A stretch of DNA of 64,000 nt, taken from NCBI GenBank assembly GCA_036726225.1, contig DAIMCS010000001.1, positions 333,856 to 397,855 of the forward strand. Reading direction: 5' to 3'. Positions 1 through 7,590 of the stretch are shown here, piece after piece. The notes beneath the pieces are model-generated. The model worked only from the letters and a program-made list of their open reading frames with translations, was not told where the DNA came from and did not search any database. The position numbers and the translations under genes are program-made. Every line of letters starts with the position of its first letter. The stretch's first letter is position 1. Source of the DNA: Patescibacteria group bacterium. Its GTDB lineage: Bacteria; Patescibacteriota; Doudnabacteria; UBA920.

Positions 1-521
1 AGCACGTCGTCTTTGGTGACGGTGTTAATTTTGGAACGGCCCAAAAGTCCGAATTCTTCTAAGCGCTTTTTAATGAAGGAGGCCGTTAGAGCCATGGTGT
101 AGACCGGAGGGTCGCCAAGCTTTGGCAAAATGTAAGGCACGGCGCCAATGTGGTCCAAGTGACCGTGGGTAATAACCACGCCGCGGATTCTGCGCTTGTT
201 TTCTTCCAGCCATTTGGTGTCAGGAATAATATAGTCAATTCCGGGCATTGTGTCGTCGGGAAAAGCCAGCCCCATATCAATGACAATAATGTCATCGCCA
301 AATTCTATGGCGGTCATATTTTCACCAACTTCTTCCACTCCACCCATAGGAATAACCCTTAGGTTTTGGCGGGAAGAAGTATAGCGGCTGGTGGCAAGGC
401 CGGTGGCCTTGTCAATTAAGTTGTCCAAACGGTCTTTGTCGTTTTGAGGCGCACTGAAATTAGGCGCCACGCCCCGATTGTGAGGGTGAGGCCTTTGTCT
501 GTTGTCTTGTCTTTTTAACAT
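1..521 (-). CDS. rnj: Ribonuclease J (RNase J), N-terminal portion. Start codon is at 521 on the - strand and the gene continues past the window start
   Basis: Reverse-complement translation reads MLKRQDNRQRPHPHNRG...IPMGGVEEVGENMTAIEFGDDIIVIDMGLAFPDDTMPGIDYIIPDTKWLEENKRRIRGVVITHGHLDHIGAVPYIL. The HxHxDH metallo-beta-lactamase motif and the overall N-terminal layout match RNase J1. It is missing from the ORF track because it is truncated by the window edge. Confidence 0.85.
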   Translation of the reverse strand, partial: MLKRQDNRQRPHPHNRGVAPNFSAPQNDKDRLDNLIDKATGLATSRYTSSRQNLRVIPMGGVEEVGENMTAIEFGDDIIVIDMGLAFPDDTMPGIDYIIPDTKWLEENKRRIRGVVITHGHLDHIGAVPYILPKLGDPPVYTMALTASFIKKRLEEFGLLGRSKINTVTKDDV

Positions 522-849
522 TTAAAAAAATTGTCCTGTCCATTTGCGTATGGACAAAAATAATTAATATCTATCAGCCCGCCTTAAAAAGGTGGGTGAT
601 AATCTTTGGGCAGTGGCCTGCTCAGCCGACCGTCAACAAAGATTTGCTCGCAATTAGCAAATTGGAATTAGTGACAAGTAACAGGTGAAAGGTTACATGT
701 AACTAGCTGTAATTTGGTAACTGTTTTGGTTTCTTTGGGAAAACTTAACCTTACTTGTTCATTATACGCCTTTTGGGCTTTGTTGTCAACCCCGTTTTAT
801 GGAAACAGGCCCAAGTTGTTTACGATGCGCTTTATGAAGGAATAACTTT

Positions 850-1194
850 ATGCCAAACAATAGTAATGATTTTTATCAAAATAGTGAGGGTTTAAAGCTT
901 AGCACAAGCTTATTAATTCTGCCTGCCGCCTATTTAATTTATAATTTTGTGAATTTTCTGTCCTGCTACAGAGGCGGGCAGCTAAGTTGCAATATTTATG
1001 ATCTAGCGGTGGTTTTTCCGCTTTACGCGGTGGTTACCTCTTTTTTTGGCAGGATTAATTTTTTTACTTATATATTACTTTATCTGCTTAGTTCGGCAGT
1101 GTATTTAATTATTTTTTACCATTTCGGCGTTTGGTTAGAAAGCGCATATCAGCGGCAAAAGCAGCGACCCAATTTTACCTTAAAGAGAGTTTGA
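850..1194 (+). CDS. hypothetical small integral membrane protein
   Basis: 114-aa ORF with several hydrophobic stretches (LLILPAAYLIYNFVNFL, FTYILLYLLSSAVYLIIFY). No recognisable motif. Confidence 0.3.
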   Translation: MPNNSNDFYQNSEGLKLSTSLLILPAAYLIYNFVNFLSCYRGGQLSCNIYDLAVVFPLYAVVTSFFGRINFFTYILLYLLSSAVYLIIFYHFGVWLESAYQRQKQRPNFTLKRV

Positions 1195-1308
1195 TTTTTT
1201 CGGGGCAGAGGGACAGGCCTTAAACCGAGGCCAGGATCCCGACGTTACGTCGGGACACGGGATTGCTCCCATCCCGCACTTTCTATATTTTGAATTTTTA
1301 CAATTCTA

Positions 1309-1395
1309 TGGTGCCGCGGAGAGGAGTCGAACCTCCATGACCTTGCGGTCGTACGCACCTGAAGCGTATGCGTCTGCCAGTTTCGCCACCGCGGC
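1309..1395 (-). tRNA. tRNA-Leu (anticodon CAG), CCA encoded
   Basis: Reverse complement reads GCCGCGGTGGCGAAACTGGCAGACGCATACGCTTCAGGTGCGTACGACCGCAAGGTCATGGAGGTTCGACTCCTCTCCGCGGCACCA. It has a 7-bp acceptor stem, a GGAGG/CCTCT T-arm with TTCGACT loop, an anticodon loop TTCAGGT and a long variable arm typical of Leu. Confidence 0.85.
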
Positions 1396-1532
1396 AAAGG
1401 ATAAGTTTATTGAAAGAAAGTGCGGGACGCTATGCCAACCTGCCCCGTAGCAAATTGCGGAGCAATTTTGCTTCGGGGTTTCGCCACCGCGGCATATCTT
1501 ACATCTTAAATCTAAAACCTTAAATCTGCAAT

Positions 1533-3287
1533 CTATTTCCAAACCCGTTTTTCTGTCACATACCAGTTAACTATGTCGTTAAAGCGTTGGCTTGGGTCGT
1601 AGAGCACGCCAAGCTTTACGTTTTTTATTTTGTTGTCCACCACGTAAATGTATTGTGTTTGGTCTAAGAAAATTACAGGGAACTTTGAGAGTATAAGCTG
1701 GTTGAATTTTTGGTAATTTTCTTCGCGCACTTTTTTGTCAGTGGTGGTACGCGCGTCGGCAATAAGCCGGTCTGCTTCCTGGTCTTTGTAGCCGGTTAGG
1801 TTGTAGCCCGGGTCTTTAACCTGGCTGGAATGCCAAAAAAGGAAGGGGTCGGGGTCGGCGCTAAATTTTTGGGGGAAGAGCAAAACGTCAAAGGCACGCG
1901 GCTTAATTACTTCGTCCATTAATTGTTTTCCCGGCAGCACGCTTAAATTTACTTTAATGTTTAGCGCCCTCCATTGGTTGGCTAAAATTTCTGCCGCTTT
2001 GGCATTGACGCCGGAATCGTTGGTGAAAATTGTAATTTCAAAAACAGTTTGTTTATTGGTTCTTAAATTAGTTTGCGGATCAACTTTCCAGCCGGATTTT
2101 TCCAGTAAAGTATTGGCCTGGGCTAAATCTACATTCGCGGGCAGGGCAGGATTGTTTTTCCCTCCGTAAAACAGAAAAGGGGAGGAGGACAGCAGGGCAT
2201 TATTTTTAAAAACTTCTTCTATAATTTGTTTTTTGTCTGTGGCTAAAGAGAGCGCTTGCCGAATATTTTGGTCAGACAAAATTTTGGTGTTGAGGTTGAA
2301 AAATACCACCTGATGCTGCGGCAGGGCAACGCTTACTACCTGCGCCTTGGGCTGCTTTTCATTTATGTATAAATTGCTGCCTAGCGGAATAAAGCCAAAG
2401 CCATTAATTTCGCGGCTGTGGAAAGCGTTTAAAATGTCGTCTTCTATGTCGTAAAATTTAAAAACCAGCCTGTCTATCTTCGGCGCGCCTCCGTGGTAAT
2501 TGGGGTTAGACTGCAAACTAATTTCCTGGACTTTCCCGCTGGGTAGTTTGTTAATTTCTATAATAGAATATGGCCCGCTGCCCACGGCTTCTAAGTTGAG
2601 CTTGGAAAGCAGGAAATTTTGCGGCTCGACATTTGTCCAAATGCTTTTGGGTAAAATGCCAACCGTAAGGTTGTCCATAAAGGGTCCCGAGACATCTTTA
2701 GTGGTAAACTTTACGCTAAAGTCGGAAAGTTTTTCCACATTGGTAGCCTGCCACAACGGGCGAAGCGGACTTTTATAGGCCTGGTCTTTAAGGAGTTGAA
2801 TGGTAAATATTACGTCGTCAGCTGTCAGCGGTTTGTTATTGTGCCACTTGCCGTCACGCCTAAGGTTGACTGTATATTGTTTTTGGTCCTCCGAGAGCGC
2901 GGGCATACCTTCGGCCAAATCCGGCACAAGCCGGCCTTCGGGGTTGTATTTATACAGGCCGGAGAAAACCAGGTCAGTTAAAGACAGGTCAGGCTCGGTG
3001 CGCGCCAACAGAGGGTTAATATAGGTGGGCTGGCCTAAAACCCCTTCGGTATAAACTCCGCCAAAGGCCGCAGCCGCATTGGTATGTGCGTAGTAGAAAT
3101 TTTTAGCTGAAAAAAATAAACTCAATGCCGCAACAAGCAATAGCACCAGACAGAGAATTTTTTCCCGCCTTCCCATTAAAGAAAAAACTTTCCAAAAAGT
3201 GGAAAGGGTTAACGATCTTAAGTGTTTTATGCCTTCTGCCGCCTGCTTGGCGTAAGAGATTGAGTTTTGTAAAAATCCGTTCTTCAT
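1533..3287 (-). CDS. ABC transporter substrate-binding protein, family 5 (peptide/nickel, OppA/DppA-like), N-terminally anchored
   Basis: 584-aa protein with an N-terminal transmembrane segment. Its length and solute-binding-protein family 5 character (PTYINPLLARTEPD..., YKYNPEGRLVPDLAEG...) fit this family. Confidence 0.75.
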   Translation of the reverse strand: MKNGFLQNSISYAKQAAEGIKHLRSLTLSTFWKVFSLMGRREKILCLVLLLVAALSLFFSAKNFYYAHTNAAAAFGGVYTEGVLGQPTYINPLLARTEPDLSLTDLVFSGLYKYNPEGRLVPDLAEGMPALSEDQKQYTVNLRRDGKWHNNKPLTADDVIFTIQLLKDQAYKSPLRPLWQATNVEKLSDFSVKFTTKDVSGPFMDNLTVGILPKSIWTNVEPQNFLLSKLNLEAVGSGPYSIIEINKLPSGKVQEISLQSNPNYHGGAPKIDRLVFKFYDIEDDILNAFHSREINGFGFIPLGSNLYINEKQPKAQVVSVALPQHQVVFFNLNTKILSDQNIRQALSLATDKKQIIEEVFKNNALLSSSPFLFYGGKNNPALPANVDLAQANTLLEKSGWKVDPQTNLRTNKQTVFEITIFTNDSGVNAKAAEILANQWRALNIKVNLSVLPGKQLMDEVIKPRAFDVLLFPQKFSADPDPFLFWHSSQVKDPGYNLTGYKDQEADRLIADARTTTDKKVREENYQKFNQLILSKFPVIFLDQTQYIYVVDNKIKNVKLGVLYDPSQRFNDIVNWYVTEKRVWK

Positions 3288-3373
3288 AGATCGCAGAGAA
3301 ACACAGATGGCGCAGATATCGCAGATTTTAAATTAGCGCCATTAGCGCAATCTGCGAATAATCTGTGATCTAT

Positions 3374-3595
3374 TTATACAAACAACAAGGTTAAATTAAG
3401 GGCAAGGAAAATTATTCCTAAAACTATAGTTGCAAAAAATAACCATTTTTCAAAACCCCGGCGGGTTTGTACAATATTACCTGCTCCGCCAAAAACGTTG
3501 GACAGCCCGGAAGATTTGTTCTGTACAGCAATTACTACAATTAACAAAACCATAATTAAAATGTTTGCAAACTTCAAAACTAAGCCTAATTTCAT
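3374..3595 (-). CDS. secG: preprotein translocase subunit SecG
   Basis: 73-aa protein with two transmembrane helices. Its central QNKSSGLSNVFGGAGNIVQTRRGFEKWL region matches the Gram-positive SecG pattern ([29 protein letters not shown]). Confidence 0.75.
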   Translation of the reverse strand: MKLGLVLKFANILIMVLLIVVIAVQNKSSGLSNVFGGAGNIVQTRRGFEKWLFFATIVLGIIFLALNLTLLFV

Positions 3596-3737
3596 AAAGT
3601 AAAAGATTTAATTTAGCTCGTGCATTATACTAGGGAAGCATTATGTATGTCAATGCTCATTTATGGCGTAATAATTTTGGAAATCCCGGAATTATGGTAT
3701 ACTAAATAGGTTAAAATAACTACTTTTGGTAATTTAA

Positions 3738-4118
3738 ATGGATTTAGAAACAGCAAAAAAAATAAAAAAAATATTGGTGGTAGAGGACGAAAAGCCTCTA
3801 AATAATGCTTTGCAGTTGGCTTTAAAGCACGCCGGTTTTGAAACCACGCCCGCCTTTGACGGGGAAGATGCTTTAAACAAACTGTCTCAAAATAAATTCG
3901 ACATTGTGCTTTTGGACCTTTTACTCCCGAAAATGACGGGATTTGACGTGATGGCCAAAATGTCCGAGAAGCACGATTTGACCCCGGTAATTGTAATTAC
4001 TAATTTAGGCCAGGAAGAAAGCCGAAAAGAGGCTACTGGTTTGGGCGCAATAAAGTATCTGGTCAAAAGTGAAACCAGCATTGCCGATATAGTCAAACAA
4101 GTGCAAAATTTCAACTAA
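3738..4118 (+). CDS. response regulator, stand-alone receiver (CheY-like) domain
   Basis: Reads ILVVEDEKPL...FDIVLLDLLLPKMTGFDV...KYLVKS. Receiver-domain acidic pocket, phospho-acceptor Asp and conserved Lys are present. No output domain (126 aa). Confidence 0.8.
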   Translation: MDLETAKKIKKILVVEDEKPLNNALQLALKHAGFETTPAFDGEDALNKLSQNKFDIVLLDLLLPKMTGFDVMAKMSEKHDLTPVIVITNLGQEESRKEATGLGAIKYLVKSETSIADIVKQVQNFN

Positions 4119-4162
4119 TTTAAGCCTGCAAAAAGCAAGTTTAATTTTTAATTAAAATAAAA

Positions 4163-5314
4163 ATGACAATAGCACAGAAAAAATGGACCCAAGACAAAGG
4201 CTGGACGGATATTAAAACCGCGGTTTTTAGCCAGCCTCCGCAGTTGGTTTTGGTTTTTGGAGGCTCCGCGGTTATAAAAGCGGGGAAGTATTTTGATGAA
4301 GTAAAAAAGTTTTACCCCGAGTCAAACATTATTAGCTGCTCCACTTCCGGCGAAATCCTTAACGACGAGGTAAACGACGATAGCCTCTCTCTAACTGCTG
4401 TCCAATTTGAAAAAGTTTCCCTGGTTTTTAAGGAAACGGAAATTGACAACATTTCCCAAAGCGAAAATGCCGGTGACGTTTTGAGCAAAGACTTGCCGCA
4501 AAAAGATTTGGTGCATGTTATGGTTTTTTCCGAAGGTTTAAAGGTTAACGGCACTGCCCTGGTGCACGGCCTTTCCAAAAATTTGCCGGCTGACGTTTCG
4601 GTTACCGGCGGGCTGGCAGGCGACGGGGGCGATTTTAAAAATACTTTTGTGGGTTTAAACCAGCCGGCCAAAGAAGGCAAAATTGTAATTGTCGGCTTTT
4701 ACGGAAAAAATCTCAAGGTTGGCTACGGCTCGGTGGGCGGCTGGGACACTTTTGGTACCAAGCGCTTAATAACTAAATCTGACGGCAGCGTTTTGTATGA
4801 GCTGGACGGCAAACCGGCTTTGCAATTATACAAAGAATATTTAGGTGAAAAAGCTCAAGGCCTGCCCGGCACGGGTTTGCTGTTTCCTTTAAGTTTAACT
4901 GTAAAAAATTTGGACGGTTCGGAAGTAGAGTTGGTCAGGACCCTTTTGGCCGTAGATGAAGACAAACAAAGCTTAACTTTTGCAGGCGATATGCCCCAGG
5001 GCGTGTACGCTAAATTAATGAAGGCAGATTTTGACAAATTGGTAGACGGCGCCTCCGGCGCCGCAGGTATGAGCCTTGCTGCACTTAAGCAGGGCAATGC
5101 CGAGTTGGCCATATTAATTAGTTGTGTGGGGAGGAAACTGGTGTTAAAAGAGAGGGTAGAAGAGGAAATAGACGCGGTCAGGGAGAAAGTTGGTGAGGGG
5201 GTTGTGATTACGGGTTTTTATTCTTACGGGGAAATTTGCCCCACGGCGCCCACAGAAAAGCAGTGCCAGCTGCATAACCAGACCATGACTATTACTACCT
5301 TTAGGGAAGAATAG
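4163..5314 (+). CDS. FIST (N+C) domain sensor protein
   Basis: 383-aa soluble protein ending in ...VVITGFYSYGEICP, resembling the FIST_C terminal motif. It sits between a receiver and a histidine kinase, as is usual for FIST proteins. Confidence 0.5.
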   Translation: MTIAQKKWTQDKGWTDIKTAVFSQPPQLVLVFGGSAVIKAGKYFDEVKKFYPESNIISCSTSGEILNDEVNDDSLSLTAVQFEKVSLVFKETEIDNISQSENAGDVLSKDLPQKDLVHVMVFSEGLKVNGTALVHGLSKNLPADVSVTGGLAGDGGDFKNTFVGLNQPAKEGKIVIVGFYGKNLKVGYGSVGGWDTFGTKRLITKSDGSVLYELDGKPALQLYKEYLGEKAQGLPGTGLLFPLSLTVKNLDGSEVELVRTLLAVDEDKQSLTFAGDMPQGVYAKLMKADFDKLVDGASGAAGMSLAALKQGNAELAILISCVGRKLVLKERVEEEIDAVREKVGEGVVITGFYSYGEICPTAPTEKQCQLHNQTMTITTFREE

Positions 5315-5334
5315 AAACCAATATAAAAATAAGT

Positions 5335-6672
5335 ATGCATCGAACTCTGGAAAGACAAATAAAAAAATATCTCCCCGGGGTTAATGTGTCGGCGATTGCC
5401 TGGGAGAATTTTTTTAAGGCAGTTGACGAAGCCTACACTCATTTTGACGATGACCGAAAACTTATGAGCCGTTCTTTGGATTTAAGCTCCAAAGAACAAG
5501 TGGAAGTGAATGAGCGGCTGGCCAAAGAGAAAGCCAAAGACGAAGCAATTCTTTCCAGCATTGGCGACGGCGTAATTGCGGTCAATGAGGAGGGCAAGGT
5601 CTTATTTATTAACCAGGCGGCTCAGAATATTTTAGATTTGCCCAATGAAAACATTACCGGACAGCCAATTTATAATTCAATTGAAATGGTGGACGAACAC
5701 GGTGAATCAATTGAGTTAGACAAAAGGCCTTTTGAGCATGCGTTAAAAACCGGCGAAACCATTACCGCCACCTCTGCGCTTACCCGGTATTATTATGTAA
5801 GGCCGGATGGCACAAAATTCCCGGTTTCCTTTACCACCACGCCCATAAAAATTGAAGGCAAAATTGTGGGAGCAATTGAAGTCTTTCGCGACGCCACTAA
5901 AGAAAAAGAAATTGACCACGCCAAAAGCGAATTCGTCTCACTGGCCAGCCACCAGCTGCGCACGCCGCTTTCCACCATTGGCTGGTACACAGAAATGCTT
6001 ATGGCCGGCGACGCCGGTTCTGTGAATGACGAACAAAAGGGTTACCTGGAAGAAATTTATCACGGTAACCGCCGTATGGTGGAGTTGGTTAATGCCCTGC
6101 TCAATGTTTCGCGCATTGAATTGGGTACGTTTATGCTTACGCCGGAGCCGGTAAATTTTGTCGAGCTCACCAAAAGCGTAATTGCCGAAGTCCACCCCCA
6201 GGTTATACGCAACGGACTTAATATAAAAGAAAATTACGAAGAAAATTTGCCGCTTATACCGGCAGACTCCAAGCTTACCCGAATTATTTTACAAAATTTG
6301 GTGACTAATGCGGTGAAGTATACGCCGTCGGAGGGGACCATTACGGTCAGCCTGTCCTCGGTTTTGGGTCAGCAGATTAATCATGGCAACGCCAACGAGA
6401 AGTATCTTTTAATTACCGTCAGCGATACCGGTTACGGAATCCCAAACAAGGAAAAAGACAAAATTTTTACCAAGCTCTACAGGGCCGAGAATGTGCGGGA
6501 AAAAGAAACCGACGGCAGCGGTTTGGGCCTGTATTTGGTGAAGTCGGTTTTGGCCGCCTGCGGGGGAGAGGTCTGGTTTGACTCGGAGGAAAACAAAGGA
6601 ACCACTTTTTATGTTATTATTCCCTTAAGCGGCATGCGTGCCAAAGAGGGTCAAAGAAGCTTAATAACTTAA
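5335..6672 (+). CDS. PAS-domain sensor histidine kinase
   Basis: H-box HAKSEFVSLASHQLRTPLSTI, N-box VTNAVKYT, G-boxes DTGYGIP and GSGLGLYLVKS. A PAS-like region lies upstream (ILSSIGDGVIAVNEEGKVLFINQAAQNIL). Confidence 0.85.
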   Translation: MHRTLERQIKKYLPGVNVSAIAWENFFKAVDEAYTHFDDDRKLMSRSLDLSSKEQVEVNERLAKEKAKDEAILSSIGDGVIAVNEEGKVLFINQAAQNILDLPNENITGQPIYNSIEMVDEHGESIELDKRPFEHALKTGETITATSALTRYYYVRPDGTKFPVSFTTTPIKIEGKIVGAIEVFRDATKEKEIDHAKSEFVSLASHQLRTPLSTIGWYTEMLMAGDAGSVNDEQKGYLEEIYHGNRRMVELVNALLNVSRIELGTFMLTPEPVNFVELTKSVIAEVHPQVIRNGLNIKENYEENLPLIPADSKLTRIILQNLVTNAVKYTPSEGTITVSLSSVLGQQINHGNANEKYLLITVSDTGYGIPNKEKDKIFTKLYRAENVREKETDGSGLGLYLVKSVLAACGGEVWFDSEENKGTTFYVIIPLSGMRAKEGQRSLIT

Positions 6673-6682
6673 CATTAAAAAA

Positions 6683-7072
6683 ATGACCAATAAACCACGT
6701 AGGACAGTTTTAATAGTAGAAGACGAAAAACCTTTACTCAACGCTATTCGAATTAAGCTTGAAAATTCGGGGTTTGACGTGCTCACCACCCGCACCCTTG
6801 ACCAAGCGTTGCACTATATGGAAGACATCCCTAAAGTAGATGTCATTTGGCTGGACCACTATTTGCTGGGCAAGGGCACAGGTTTGGATTTTGTGGTGGC
6901 CATAAAAAATAACGAAAAATGGAAGGAAATTCCAATCTTCGTGGTTTCCAATACTGCCAGCCCGGAAAAGGTGCGCTCGTATATTAAATTTGGAGTTACT
7001 AAATATTACACTAAGGCCGACTACCGGCTGGACCAAATTATAACTGATATGAGAGAGATGTTAAAAGACTAA
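6683..7072 (+). CDS. response regulator receiver domain protein
   Basis: Reads VLIVEDEKPL...VDVIWLDHYLLGKGTGLDF...KYYTK. Receiver-only, 129 aa. Confidence 0.8.
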   Translation: MTNKPRRTVLIVEDEKPLLNAIRIKLENSGFDVLTTRTLDQALHYMEDIPKVDVIWLDHYLLGKGTGLDFVVAIKNNEKWKEIPIFVVSNTASPEKVRSYIKFGVTKYYTKADYRLDQIITDMREMLKD

Positions 7073-7173
7073 ATTTATGCCCAGTAATACAACTTTCAAT
7101 ATTTTCAATAAATTCAGACGCTGCAATTTGATTATTAATAAAATTTTAGATCCCGAATCTGAGGGGTTTAGAA

Positions 7174-7590
7174 TTGAAAGTTGATATACTGGGTATGCCT
7201 ATAACCAATGTTACCAACGGACATTTAATGTTAATTGTTGAGGACGAAAGGCCGCTGCTTAAAGCTTTGGCCGAAAAATTCGCTCACCAGGGTTTTAGGG
7301 TGCTGACGGCCGAGAACGGCGAGAAGGGTATGAACCTGGCTCTTGAGACCCAGCCGGAAATTATTTTGCTGGACATTGTTATGCCTAAAATGGACGGCAT
7401 TTCGGTTTTAAAACGGCTCCGCTCCGATCCCAAAACTAAAGACGTCCCGATTATTCTTTTGACGAATTTATACGACAACGAAAAGCTTATGGAAGCTTCC
7501 AAGGTCGGGGTGTTTGACTATTTAATTAAGAGTGACTGGAAAATAGAAGACGTGGTAAAAAAGGTGAAGGAAAAACTTAAGATGACTTAA
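7174..7590 (+). CDS. response regulator receiver domain protein (the true start may be an internal Met at 7195 or 7231)
   Basis: Reads MLIVEDERPL...IILLDIVMPKMDGISV...DYLIKS. Receiver-only. Confidence 0.75.
   Translation: MKVDILGMPITNVTNGHLMLIVEDERPLLKALAEKFAHQGFRVLTAENGEKGMNLALETQPEIILLDIVMPKMDGISVLKRLRSDPKTKDVPIILLTNLYDNEKLMEASKVGVFDYLIKSDWKIEDVVKKVKEKLKMT

Noticed and set aside
1195-1300. GC-rich ORF-free stretches (1195-1300, 48240-48548, 52407-52500) as tmRNA, RNase P RNA, SRP RNA or 6S RNA
   Set aside because: Hallmark sequences are absent in these segments. They lack the tmRNA tRNA-like 3' end, the RNase P P4 AGGAAAGUCCGGGCUCC, the SRP domain IV GGAAGCAGCCAAGG and the 6S central bubble. 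They are reported as uncharacterised.
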